Positions 51,759 to 61,714 of a stretch of DNA of 64,000 bases are shown piece after piece (the first letter of the stretch is position 1; each line of letters begins with the position of its first letter). Under the pieces are notes generated by a model. It ran no database searches. It had not been told where the DNA came from and saw only the letters and a program-made list of their open reading frames with translations. Origin of the DNA: Acidobacteriota bacterium (lineage in GTDB: Bacteria > Acidobacteriota > Vicinamibacteria > Vicinamibacterales > CAVVIG01); contig JBDTVS010000058.1 in NCBI GenBank assembly GCA_040007095.1, forward strand, positions 15,719 to 79,718, in the 5' to 3' direction. Both the position numbers and the translations under genes were made by a program.

Positions 51759-53324
51759 CTACGGGGGTGGGCGGATCGCGGTGGGAACCTTGTGGGGCCA
51801 ATGTGAATAGAGCTCGTAGCGCCGTGGCTTGGTCGGCACGCGGGAGAGGAATGCGGCCTGTGCCGACGGCAGCGTGAACTGATCGATGAGATGCCAACCC
51901 AGAGCGGCAAAGAACTCGCGGCGGTTCGTGGACTCACCCTCATTGACGAGCGCGTAGTCGAGGTCGGCGAACATGGCGGCCTCCGCGTCGGAGCCGATAT
52001 ACCCGTAAGGGCGCACCATCCTCCAGCCGAATTGCCGACCGACGTAGTAGAACTCCCATGGCTCGAGATAAATCCGCTGAAAACGGAGTTCAGGCAGGCG
52101 CGCCGCGGCTTCTACGAGTAACTCGGGACTACGGGCGTGCCGAGCGGCGAGCGCCAACGCCGGCCGAGCGACCAGTGAGATGCCCCCGGCCCAGACAACC
52201 GCAATGGCCATGACGGCCGCGCCCCACGAGCGTAACCAGGAGACTGCCGCCACGCGCCAGCCCTCCCCTATCAGACCGATCAGGTACGGCAAGAGGTACA
52301 CGACACGGTGGACATACACATGAGTCGGGAGGATCGAAATGGTAGCAACGGCGGCGGAGATGGCAAGGACCCGGTTTCTACGGTTAAAGGCCGCGGCCAC
52401 TGCTGCGATCGGTAGACACGGGCTCTGCTCGTAGGAAAGCACTAAATTCAAGACAGAGGCGGGGAAGTAGGTCCAGGGGCTCCCGGAGTCGGAATTGGCC
52501 TGCTTCGAGACGAGGGCGTCTGCCGCCAGTGAGGGGAGTTGATTCCAAACGGGGACCAGGCACAGCGCGAGGCTGATCAGCCCTCCGGCCGCGAAGGCCA
52601 AGCACCACCGCAGCATTGTTCGCTTCGGAACACGCAGCGGGGCGCACACTAGAATCCCCTCCGCGGCGACGAGAGGAAGTAAGAAGATCCCGGATGGCCA
52701 GACGAAACAGGCCACCACCAACAAACCGCCAAGCACAGCCCAACATCGCGAGACACCGCCACTGTCTACCGAGGTGATTTGCCTGCGCCTCAGTACGACG
52801 CAGGCCGCCATTACCAGCGCGATGACAAAGCAGTCGACGCGTCCACCGCGATAGCCTTGCACAAAGATCGGATCGAGGAATAAAGTTACGGCAAGGACCA
52901 GTGCCGGGACGATCCGGACGCGCCGAGAGCGTAGCCATAGGAAAGTGAAGTACCCCGCGACAAGAGCGCCCAGCAGGGTCGATAGCCGCGGTCCAACATT
53001 GGACGGGGCGAGCCAGCGGTACGCGCGCTCCTGTAGGATCGGTCCGAGGTAATTGACGAAGGCTACAGGACGCTGCTTGGCGGTCCAGTTGAGGGACCAC
53101 GTCGGATCGGGTGCGACGACGCTTCGGCCGAGATCCACAATCTGCACTTCATCCTGCCAGATCGTCGGCGAGATCGTGATCGTCAAGAGATGAACGGAAG
53201 CCAAGAGGGCGAGCGTCACTATCGGCAGCCAGGGGCGCCGATTGAGCGTGAGCGTGCCGACTCGGTACAGTCGGACGATCAGCCCGGGTGGTTGGTCTGG
53301 CGTCGGAAGCCGGTGCCGCCGCAT
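51759..53324 (-). CDS. Polytopic membrane protein, putative GT-C-fold (ArnT/PMT-like) glycosyltransferase
   Basis: 521 aa with about 11-12 TM helices. An acidic 'WQDEVQ' motif follows the first helix. The ~130-aa C-terminal domain is soluble. Confidence 0.5.
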   Translation of the reverse strand: MRRHRLPTPDQPPGLIVRLYRVGTLTLNRRPWLPIVTLALLASVHLLTITISPTIWQDEVQIVDLGRSVVAPDPTWSLNWTAKQRPVAFVNYLGPILQERAYRWLAPSNVGPRLSTLLGALVAGYFTFLWLRSRRVRIVPALVLAVTLFLDPIFVQGYRGGRVDCFVIALVMAACVVLRRRQITSVDSGGVSRCWAVLGGLLVVACFVWPSGIFLLPLVAAEGILVCAPLRVPKRTMLRWCLAFAAGGLISLALCLVPVWNQLPSLAADALVSKQANSDSGSPWTYFPASVLNLVLSYEQSPCLPIAAVAAAFNRRNRVLAISAAVATISILPTHVYVHRVVYLLPYLIGLIGEGWRVAAVSWLRSWGAAVMAIAVVWAGGISLVARPALALAARHARSPELLVEAAARLPELRFQRIYLEPWEFYYVGRQFGWRMVRPYGYIGSDAEAAMFADLDYALVNEGESTNRREFFAALGWHLIDQFTLPSAQAAFLSRVPTKPRRYELYSHWPHKVPTAIRPPP

Positions 53325-53580
53325 TTTATCCGATAGAGGTGACCGTCCAAGGCCCAGGACCTGCTGTCAAGTACTGAACCGGTAGACTGTCACAGTCTCT
53401 CATGAAGAGATCCATTCGATCGGTTCGGATTGGCAAGCATTGTTCGGAACCGATCGAGCCACTGAATCTGGGCGGCGAAATATAGTTCTTGCGGAATGCC
53501 AAGGCAAGGTCGTCCTTTCGTATCCCCGTTCACAAGGACGAGAACTGCGGTCCTGAAAAGCCAATCACCTCTGAATGGTG

Positions 53581-54153
53581 TCATCGTTCAGACTTCACTC
53601 GGAAACCGAGGGAGGCGTTTAGAAAACCGAACCATTCGTGCGTGACCGCCATCGCATCTGTCCTATTGCGCCACCAGCGTTCGGGCTCAAATGGATCGTC
53701 AGGAGTGAAGCGAACGACCGCTTGGGCGTCGCCCCCGACAAGGCTGTGCCATAGTGCCCTCACGCGTCGAGTGTGATACTTCGACGTGACCAGGATGACG
53801 CGGTCATCAGCCGGATGCAGCTCGCTGGCGATGGCTCGGAGCTCGTCAACCGTGTTCACGGGTCGCTGCGGGAGCACGCGAATGTCGTTGCCAGGTACGC
53901 CAAGGCGCTCGATCACCTGACGGCTATAGTCGGCTTCGAACGGTCGAACGATTCCCAGGCGCATCAGCGCCAAGTCTTCCTTGGAGGGCACCGCGCCCTG
54001 AGTCAACCATATTTCCTTCGTCCAGCCCTGGCGATATATGCGTGCGGCCTCCATAGCACGGAACGGCAAATGGCCACCCAACACGACCACTGCCCGGGCC
54101 GGTTGAAGCGGATCCTCGATCACAAGCCATGTGCCGGCACTCTTCAACGCCAA
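53581..54153 (-). CDS. DUF218 (YdcF/ElyC/SanA) family protein; start codon uncertain
   Basis: 190 aa from a TTG start. 'VVVLGG', '..IWLTQG..' and '..ILVTSKYHTRR..' are DUF218 motifs. An in-frame TM helix is encoded upstream of the first ATG/GTG/TTG. Confidence 0.8.
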   Translation of the reverse strand: MALKSAGTWLVIEDPLQPARAVVVLGGHLPFRAMEAARIYRQGWTKEIWLTQGAVPSKEDLALMRLGIVRPFEADYSRQVIERLGVPGNDIRVLPQRPVNTVDELRAIASELHPADDRVILVTSKYHTRRVRALWHSLVGGDAQAVVRFTPDDPFEPERWWRNRTDAMAVTHEWFGFLNASLGFRVKSER

Positions 54154-54269
54154 CAGCGCCAGCGTTAGTACAACGGCCAGCGAAACGATCGAAACCGCCA
54201 GTCGGCCGCGGAACGCCCTAACCCGGGCCAGCGGCGTACCGGCTGATTCGTTGAAACATTGAAAACAAT

Positions 54270-55727
54270 CTAAAACACCGCGACTGGAGTCGTAGCGGCA
54301 GCGAGGGCCAGGACTGCTTCTGCGCCTACACCCACATCGGAAGCCACCCTGCCTGCCTCGTCCAGGATGACGGCCGACGGCGTACCCCCGGCGCCAAACC
54401 GCGCACCCACGCTGAAGGCCGAATCGAGCAAGACGCGCGAGCGGAAGCCTTGTTCGCGGTTCGCCTTCGGAGAGCCGGCGGAGATCACGACCAGTTCCGG
54501 CGCATCCTCCGGACGATTCGTCTCCCAGACTTTCACTTTGTCCAGCATCCCCGCGCAGAACCCGCAGGACGGATTCCAGAACAGCAGCAGCGTCCGATGC
54601 CCCAGGATAGTCGCAAGATCGAACGTTCCGCCATTGAGATCCCGAACCGGCAGGAAAGGCACACGTTCGCCCTTCATTAGCGTTGGTGGCCCGGTCGCAT
54701 CCTTGACGAGGGCGCGAATGGCCTCGGCGCCGACAGCCAGCGGCCTTGCGATTGCACCATCGATTACGAGCACGGCACTCGGAGTGATCTCAGCGCGATA
54801 CGATTCAGCAACCTCGCGATTCAGTTGAAGCAGAATGTTCTGGACCTTGTGGGTCCTGCCCTTCGCGCGATTCACGTCGGCCTTGCCTTGGCTGATTGGG
54901 ACGACCACCAGACGCTCGGCGTGCTCTCTCTGCCAGCGTCCGACGTCCGGAAGAATCGCATCGCACGCGCCGCAACCCGGCTCGCTGAAGAACAGCAGAA
55001 CCCCTTTACCACTCTCACTCAGCGCTTGGAGCGTTACGGTCTCGCCGTCAAGACCGGTCAAGCTGAAACGGGGAGCCGCGCTCCTGGCTGGAAGCCCGGC
55101 CACCTGGGGCTGCTCCGCGGTCGGGACAACGCCCAGCTTCACCTCGATCGCGTCGAGGCGCTCAAGCGTTCGGCCATTCTGGCGAAGCACGTGATACAGG
55201 GTGAAAGCACCGACAATCCCTTGTGCCACGACAACCAGCGCAAGGACAATAGCTGCAGTCCCCGCCCGGCTGAAAGCATCGAAAGTCCGGCCGAAGCCGG
55301 ACTCCATGTAGGCAGTATCTGCGTAGGCCTGGCTCCGCCAAAGGACGAGAGCGGCAACGCCCGCGAGGGCGAAATTTCGAAATAGGGTGGGCCAGCCAAC
55401 CGGCGACGAATGTAGCTGCCCGAAACAGCGGCAATTGGGCCTTCGTCCTCGAATCATGCTGACGGAGATGGCCGCGACGAATAAGACTAACAACCCGAGG
55501 GCGCCGCTCGCCCCCAACCAAGCCCAGCCGGCGGAAACCAACCCCGCCGCGCAGGCCAATTCTGCGAGCGGCAGTAGGAGCGCAAACGCCGTAGTCAAAA
55601 AGGCCGGCACACCGAATTCGCCTACAGACTTCCGGGAACCCGACGGATCCGAAAGCTTGGCCACACCCGCCACAGTAAACACGGCGGCGAGCAGCAAACG
55701 CGCAACTAACAGAAATGTATCGAACAA
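54270..55727 (-). CDS. MauE/DoxX-like membrane domain fused to two thioredoxin-fold (TlpA/redoxin-like) domains
   Basis: 485 aa. Four N-terminal TM helices resemble the MauE pattern (..AGVAKL.DP...). Two redox motifs: 'FFSEPGCGACD' and 'LFWNPSCGFCA'. Confidence 0.8.
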   Translation of the reverse strand: MFDTFLLVARLLLAAVFTVAGVAKLSDPSGSRKSVGEFGVPAFLTTAFALLLPLAELACAAGLVSAGWAWLGASGALGLLVLFVAAISVSMIRGRRPNCRCFGQLHSSPVGWPTLFRNFALAGVAALVLWRSQAYADTAYMESGFGRTFDAFSRAGTAAIVLALVVVAQGIVGAFTLYHVLRQNGRTLERLDAIEVKLGVVPTAEQPQVAGLPARSAAPRFSLTGLDGETVTLQALSESGKGVLLFFSEPGCGACDAILPDVGRWQREHAERLVVVPISQGKADVNRAKGRTHKVQNILLQLNREVAESYRAEITPSAVLVIDGAIARPLAVGAEAIRALVKDATGPPTLMKGERVPFLPVRDLNGGTFDLATILGHRTLLLFWNPSCGFCAGMLDKVKVWETNRPEDAPELVVISAGSPKANREQGFRSRVLLDSAFSVGARFGAGGTPSAVILDEAGRVASDVGVGAEAVLALAAATTPVAVF

Positions 55728-55830
55728 TTGACCAACCCCACCATCAATCCAGTCACACGAGAACTAGACTGAAGTTCCACACGCTCAAGTCGAAGATCTC
55801 CTGATTGCGGTAGCACTTAGTCGCGGAGCT

Positions 55831-56338
55831 TCAGTACACGTTACTGACTACGCGATGTGTTTCAGCAAGGCCAATGCGCGCCGCTGCCCTGGTGTAGGGA
55901 ACGTCGTGGCGGTGAACGTCCCGGAGGTCTTCCGCCAGGGTCCGCGTCTGCCACCACCGCGTCGGGGCGAGTTTGGTCTGCGGGGCGATCACGCGCGCCG
56001 CGACTATAGCGGTGACGAGGTCGGCTTCCGGGCACCGGCGCGCCGACAGTAGCCGCGAGAACCCGAGGCGATCCATCGCCGTGAGCACGGCGTGGCCATC
56101 CCCATGCGGGCGCGACGACAATCTCGAACTGATCCGCGGACACCAGCGTCTCGCCCTGCAGCGCCCGCCGAATCAACGCGATGATCGGGTCGGGCAAATG
56201 CGACCGGTTCCCGACCGTCTCCTTGCGCACACGGGGGCCGTCGCGATAACTTCGGCACAGTAGATGGCTGTGGTACGTCTTCCCTTTGTGATGGCGCGTG
56301 GTCGTCACCACGTGGACCGCGCCGCGGCGCTGGGGCAT
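55831..56338 (-). pseudogene. IS1634-family transposase remnant (N-terminal ~170 codons, frameshifted and truncated)
   Basis: 'GKTYHSHLLCRSYRDGPRVRKETVGNRSHLPDPIIALIRRALQGE' continues after a frame change near 56125 as 'RPHGDGHAVLTAMDRLGFSRLLSARRCPEADLVTAIVAARVIAPQTKLA'. The DDE catalytic region is missing. Confidence 0.7.
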
Positions 56339-56471
56339 GGACGGGACTCTACACGAGTCCGGCGGCGAGTACAAGAGCCATTACTCACTACATCTTGACA
56401 CTTGAAAATGTCACAATTGTCACGATTCTGGCCAGACAGTTATCGGAAGTGACCCCAAGTCTCGCGGAACT

Positions 56472-57860
56472 TCAGACTAGACGCTTGCAGCGGTGTGCCA
56501 GTGAAGCCCCTCCAACGGCGCCTCCACGAAACCTCTCGACGAGCATGCCAAGCGCATAAACGGTTAGCGCTGATGCCACCAGTGCTGGCAAAACCGTGTC
56601 CATCCTCTCGCCGCCCTCAGTTAACGTCGCCGTGGCGATCGCAAGCGCCCAGAAGCCACCAAGGTTGTCTTGCGGGCCAGCCATCTTCATTTCCATTCGC
56701 CCGCACACGTAGCCGATCACACCTAACCCGACGACCACCAGAACTGGACCGCCATTTGCATACAGCTCAAAAGGATACGGTAATCCGACACTTGTCTCGC
56801 CACCCCATCGCAAGCCCGTAAATCGGGCGACAAACGCGCTTCCGCCGGCCGTCACCGGCTTATCAGCCCACAGAAGCCGGGGTACGAAGGTATAAAGGAC
56901 GGACCACAACGTGTCTCCACGAGCGTAAGGCTCGACCGCCGGCTGATAGCGTACCTGTGCCGCAAGGATATTCGTCATGTCGACCCGAGTCATGATCGAC
57001 TGCATGACTGATTCAGCCGTCGGAACACTGAGATGTTTCAGATACTCAGCGAAAAATGTATTCGCCTGCTCCATCAGCGGCAGTCCCGCCAGCAAGCCGT
57101 CGCGAATCATCTGCCGGGTCTCAAACCAGGCGGCACCCGCAGAAAACATCCCCGCCGCGACCGCCGGGATTACGAAACACAGCCTTAGGATGTTTGGCAA
57201 CGTAAGCCCGGAAAGCGCCAGCCAAATCACAAGCAGCGGAAAAACCGTCTTTAGTCGAACGAAAGAAAACCCGCTTGCCAACGAACCCACGACCGATAGC
57301 AACGCAAACATCACCACTGCACTAACAAATCGACTCCAGCGTCCGCTTCGAATCGCCGCCACCAAGAGAATGCACAAGCCGATCTTTCCCAACGTCGCCG
57401 CGCAATGAACAGCTGTCGACACGGTGCGAACCGAAGCCACAAATGGCAAGGCAAGCTCAGCGGCAGCGCCCGCGCAAAAAGTCAACCACCCCATATCTTC
57501 GTTGATATGGTTAGAAGATTTGAATGGATCGACCTCTGCCCCAAGCGATGCGCGATCCCTAGTGGGCGTCCACCCCAAGTAGATGCCTCCAGCCATCGCC
57601 AGTAGACCACATATCGAATATGAGACAACCTCCGGATGCTCAGCCGTGACCCATGGCGTCGATTGACCGGACACTGTAGCGAAGACGAACCCAAACAACG
57701 TTGCGCTCGCCACCATGAACACGTTGAGAATATTAAGTCCGAAGAGAGCGCTCCTTCGATGAGCCAATAACACTCCGTACGCAATAATGACCAGAATGCA
57801 TCCTGCAAACCTCAATAGGTCAAAATCGTCCATCTCGTACCCGTACTTCTCGGTCAGCAA
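56472..57860 (-). CDS. Polytopic membrane protein, candidate O-antigen/EPS polymerase (Wzy-like)
   Basis: 462 aa with about 10-12 TM helices. Located inside a glycosyltransferase operon. No diagnostic motif recognised. Confidence 0.45.
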   Translation of the reverse strand: MLTEKYGYEMDDFDLLRFAGCILVIIAYGVLLAHRRSALFGLNILNVFMVASATLFGFVFATVSGQSTPWVTAEHPEVVSYSICGLLAMAGGIYLGWTPTRDRASLGAEVDPFKSSNHINEDMGWLTFCAGAAAELALPFVASVRTVSTAVHCAATLGKIGLCILLVAAIRSGRWSRFVSAVVMFALLSVVGSLASGFSFVRLKTVFPLLVIWLALSGLTLPNILRLCFVIPAVAAGMFSAGAAWFETRQMIRDGLLAGLPLMEQANTFFAEYLKHLSVPTAESVMQSIMTRVDMTNILAAQVRYQPAVEPYARGDTLWSVLYTFVPRLLWADKPVTAGGSAFVARFTGLRWGGETSVGLPYPFELYANGGPVLVVVGLGVIGYVCGRMEMKMAGPQDNLGGFWALAIATATLTEGGERMDTVLPALVASALTVYALGMLVERFRGGAVGGASLAHRCKRLV

Positions 57861-59091
57861 GAAGCCTCGCTAGCTCCCGCGCCTGGTCGTCGAGATTAAA
57901 GTGCTGCAGCACAATCCGACGTCCTGCCTCACCCATTTCCATCCGAAGCTGCGAATTCCTGGCTAGTCGCTTGATTGCCGCTGCCATCTCTCCCGGATTG
58001 TTCTTGTCCACAAGAATTCCGGATTGTCCGTCAAGAATCACTTCAACGGCGCCTCCGCTGCGCGTGCAAACTACAGGCACAGCGCGTTCCCCAGCTTCAG
58101 CCACCACCAACCCGAATCCTTCCTCGTGTCGTGAAGCCATCACAAATATGTCGATTGCCTCAAAGAAGTCCTGGGACCTCGATAACCAACCGGCAAACCC
58201 CACAAGTGTCCTTATCCCGTCCCGCTCCAGACGTCTTTGCAAATGAGAAAAGAACGGCTCCTGTTGCTTACCACCTATTACGAGCCTCAGATTCGCGCAC
58301 TCCTGAGTCAATAGTCGAAAGGCCTCCAGAACATCCTCGTGCCCTTTGTGAGCACTCATTTGACCCGTTATACCCACTACAAGCACCGTCTCTGGCCAAC
58401 CGAACTGTCCGCAGAGTCGGTCGCTTCGTCGTCGAGGCAGCGTCAATCCGGACACCTCAACGCCATTGTGAAGAACCATGTCTCGACTGCTCAGGTTACC
58501 CAACCGCGAAAGCCTCTCTCTGACGTTTGTCGAGATACAAATGAAGCGTCCTATGGCCAATCGCCACAAGCAAAATGACAACTTCTGAAATAGAATGGCT
58601 GGCGGCGGATCGTGCATATGGCACACTACTTTGCGCCGTAGCATTATCAGCAATGGCCACAGCAAAATCACCTCGTGATAGTTCGCTACGAAAATGACAT
58701 CTGGCCTCATTCGCCGAGTGAGGCGGATGACATCATAATAAGCAATCGGCAGCTTCACGAGACACGAAAGTGTCATCCTCAGGTTGCGCCGGTCGAGCCG
58801 ACGAGAAAACATTCCCAACCAAGTGGCTGAGTGCTGTATCCCCAACTCAGTCAGTCGACGCGGGAACTCACCATCATTCCATCGGGTATTAATAAAATGG
58901 CATACCGCCACGCGCGACATGTGCCGGAATAGTCCTAGTGTGACATTTTGCAAACCAAAGCAAAACCCACTTGGAACCACAGCAAGGATGCGCAGGTCCC
59001 GCTGACACTCAGCGGGTCGATTCTCACTATCGTCAGCTGAGGACGGTCCACTGCGGACCTTCCGCGACCAAACGCAGCAATCACGCATCAA
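57820..59091 (-). CDS. GT4-family (GT-B fold) glycosyltransferase
   Basis: 423 aa. 'LRILAVVPSG' N-terminus and the C-terminal 'ASRHEEGFGLVVAEAGERAVPVVCTRSGGAVEVI.DG.SGILV' motif (E-x7-E region). Confidence 0.85.
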   Translation of the reverse strand: MMRDCCVWSRKVRSGPSSADDSENRPAECQRDLRILAVVPSGFCFGLQNVTLGLFRHMSRVAVCHFINTRWNDGEFPRRLTELGIQHSATWLGMFSRRLDRRNLRMTLSCLVKLPIAYYDVIRLTRRMRPDVIFVANYHEVILLWPLLIMLRRKVVCHMHDPPPAILFQKLSFCLWRLAIGRFICISTNVRERLSRLGNLSSRDMVLHNGVEVSGLTLPRRRSDRLCGQFGWPETVLVVGITGQMSAHKGHEDVLEAFRLLTQECANLRLVIGGKQQEPFFSHLQRRLERDGIRTLVGFAGWLSRSQDFFEAIDIFVMASRHEEGFGLVVAEAGERAVPVVCTRSGGAVEVILDGQSGILVDKNNPGEMAAAIKRLARNSQLRMEMGEAGRRIVLQHFNLDDQARELARLLADREVRVRDGRF

Positions 59092-59968
59092 AAAACTCGC
59101 TCGGCCACGAATCTGGCTGTAGGTTTATCGGAAGCGCGGAAGTTTGAATGGGCACATACTCTATGCGACTGACATCATCGAAGTATCCTAAATAGTTCAT
59201 TTCCCGATGAGATGACTTGGCGGCTTTGATTATCAATCGCTCTCGCCCGCCCAGCCAACATCCATGATGGAACATCCCAACCTCAGGTGGGCATTCGATA
59301 AAACCCCAAAGGGAAGCCGAGAAATCGTGCACGTGACACATTTTAAGGAACTTCGAGACACGCGACTCATTCCATGACACAGTTCGCCGCATTGTGAAGA
59401 CAATGCCAGGCTCAAGAAACCCGAAGTGGCAAAATCGCACAACGTCGGGAAGGACCCTGCGATTCCAGGTCTTCACGTAATTGTAGGCGTGTACACGCAT
59501 CCCGCGCGGGCGCGCGACCGCTAACAAGTCAAGAATCTGCGGCAAGGTGGACGGATCATAGAACTCGTCGGCATCGACGATCAGAAAGTAATCGGGCGGC
59601 GCGTGGAAGGCGCGGATCCGGTCTAACGACGAACCATGCGACATGATTCCCCGTTCTGGACGGCAGAGGTGCGCAAGCATCTCCGAGTTTCTTGCCGACG
59701 CCTCGTCTGGCCAGCGCCGAACAATCAAGTGAATCTTACCCTCCGGATCGGGAAACTCGGCCACGCGCTGCAGCGTCTGATCGGGTGCGACCTCGGTCCC
59801 GTACCAGTCGCGGTCGTACTGAGTCAGGACGCTGATACCTGAGCAGAATGGATACAGCGTCTTCAATTGGTTGCAGATGAACACCTCCTCGTTTAAAGCA
59901 AGAATGATCGCGTGGATCCGAAGACGCAAGGTTGCGCTGCGCACGCCTACTGTCGGGCCTTGTAACAC
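59081..59968 (-). CDS. GT2-like (GT-A fold) glycosyltransferase
   Basis: 295 aa. 'IHAIILALNEE' and 'YFLIVDADEFY' (DxD motif). Confidence 0.7.
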   Translation of the reverse strand: MLQGPTVGVRSATLRLRIHAIILALNEEVFICNQLKTLYPFCSGISVLTQYDRDWYGTEVAPDQTLQRVAEFPDPEGKIHLIVRRWPDEASARNSEMLAHLCRPERGIMSHGSSLDRIRAFHAPPDYFLIVDADEFYDPSTLPQILDLLAVARPRGMRVHAYNYVKTWNRRVLPDVVRFCHFGFLEPGIVFTMRRTVSWNESRVSKFLKMCHVHDFSASLWGFIECPPEVGMFHHGCWLGGRERLIIKAAKSSHREMNYLGYFDDVSRIEYVPIQTSALPINLQPDSWPSEFFDA

Positions 59969-61158
59969 GCGTAGACAGTCTGAACTGTCGACGCGATCGA
60001 GTTACGACGGCAAAAGTCAGATAAATCATTCGTCGCCGGCCGCCTGGCGTTAACGGCGACCAACGCCGTCGCGAGCGCCTCCGGATCGCCAAACCGGTAG
60101 CAAGCGCTGCGCTCCGCTGCTCTAGGTAAATCCTCGACGCAACCGCATGCGCTACTCACAATACAAGGCAAGCCACTTGCCATCGCTTCATTCACGACGA
60201 GCCCCCAGGTTTCTCCGTGGTCGCTTGGCAGAACCAGACAATCCGCCGCAACGTAAGCCCACGAAATCGTCGTCTGATTGAGAAATCCCGCAAAAGAAGC
60301 CTTGGGCAACGCGGAGCCCCTATTCCCTGTCTCGGCGCCTGCTGCTTCTGCATCGACGACGACTTGACAAGCATCCCGAATATCTTTCGCCAATTCGCCC
60401 GACCCGACAAATAGCAAATGAATGTTTGGCAACCGCTCGGTCGCTATCAGTAGACGGGCTGCCTTTACGAGATCGAGCGGCCGCTTCTTCGAAATGAACT
60501 TACCGCAGAACAGGACACAAAACGCGTCTTCTCGAATTTGCCATCGCTCCCTAATCTCCGCTCGCTTTCCTCGAAGCACGTCGGCCTGTCGAGCGAATCG
60601 TTCATTGTCTACCGCATACGGTGCGTGGTACAGGTTGTCATCGGACACGCCATATCTCTGGTAGAGTCGGCGGTTCGCCGCACCAATGTAGAGGAAGCGG
60701 TCCACGCGTTGGAAGAACTCCCGGAGAACCAATTTCTTCAGACCATGCTTCCAAAGAGCCTTCGGGGCCAGATCGTTACTCTCCCCCCGTAGCCACACTT
60801 CCGCGCCGATCGCTCGTGCCTCCCACACTGCCTGCCAATATGCGGCTACTTGCCACCCTTGCACCCATAGCGCCTCCGTCCCACTGGACCGCAGGCGCCT
60901 GCGTAGGCTCTCTCGAAGACGGCACTTTAGAAAGGACCCCGGCGACGCGGCGGCGGCAACGTCAAGAAATTTGTGCGGATATCCAGAGAGCGTGTCGATA
61001 TCCCACGCGAAGGCTCTACCAAACTCCCGATCTTGGCTGATTCGGGTTCCGTGGTCGGTTAGATACCAGACCTCGAACGGCACGCGGCCATCTAGCGCAA
61101 GAGCCTGCCACAGCGGCACTTGGTATTGGATCGGATGCGTGGAAATAATGGCCAGCAA
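59947..61158 (-). CDS. GT4-family (GT-B fold) glycosyltransferase
   Basis: 403 aa. The C-terminal 'LPSDHGETWGLVVNEAMASGLPCIVSSACGCVEDL' motif. Confidence 0.85.
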   Translation of the reverse strand: MLAIISTHPIQYQVPLWQALALDGRVPFEVWYLTDHGTRISQDREFGRAFAWDIDTLSGYPHKFLDVAAAASPGSFLKCRLRESLRRRLRSSGTEALWVQGWQVAAYWQAVWEARAIGAEVWLRGESNDLAPKALWKHGLKKLVLREFFQRVDRFLYIGAANRRLYQRYGVSDDNLYHAPYAVDNERFARQADVLRGKRAEIRERWQIREDAFCVLFCGKFISKKRPLDLVKAARLLIATERLPNIHLLFVGSGELAKDIRDACQVVVDAEAAGAETGNRGSALPKASFAGFLNQTTISWAYVAADCLVLPSDHGETWGLVVNEAMASGLPCIVSSACGCVEDLPRAAERSACYRFGDPEALATALVAVNARRPATNDLSDFCRRNSIASTVQTVYACYKARQ

Positions 61159-61222
61159 GTGTGCTCCTTAGAAACTCGTTCAATGTGGGTTCGGCCGGAC
61201 AAGACGTAAGGCTGCGACCCAC

Positions 61223-61633
61223 ATGGATGCGACGGTGGGCGCCGATGCTCAAGATCGACATGGGCGCCATCCCGTGTGTCAGCATCGCTCGAGTGACGAG
61301 GTGCCGAAGCGATCAACGCAATCGCCGCGCATGCGTGGGCGACGCGGGCGCCGCCTGATGCGACAACGCGGCGAGCGAATCGAGCGCTCCTTCGCGCATC
61401 TGTATGACGGGGGCATGGGTCGCACGCACCTGCGCGGTCACACGAACATCCTGAAGCGCCTGCTGATTCATGCGGGCGGCTTCAATCTTGGGCTCATCAT
61501 GCGTCAATTGATCGGACTCGGCACGCCACGCGGCCTGCAGGGCCGTCTGCGCGTCATGATCGCCACGTTCTTGGTACTCATGAGAGCTATCCGCCGTCGT
61601 GTAGTGGCGATCGGCTCGTCGCTTCAACCCTAG
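61223..61633 (+). pseudogene. IS5/IS1182-type transposase C-terminal remnant
   Basis: 'RGRRLMRQRGERIERSFAHLYDGGMGRTHLRGHTNILKRLLIHAGGFNLGLIMRQLIGLGTPRGLQG' is the conserved C-terminal end of this transposase type. The upstream frame changes near 61325, and no N-terminal or DDE part is present. Confidence 0.65.
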
Positions 61634-61714
61634 TGATCTGGCGCGGTCAGATCTCAATGACCACGCTCTTTGTCAATTCGTCAGCAGCGACAACTTTCAC
61701 TACGGGCCGCTAGA

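Noticed and set aside
53390-53584. 64-aa minus-strand ORF in the gap between the GT-C-like and DUF218 genes.
   Set aside because: It has no motif, sits in an AT-richer spacer, and overlaps the DUF218 stop region. Evidence for coding is insufficient.
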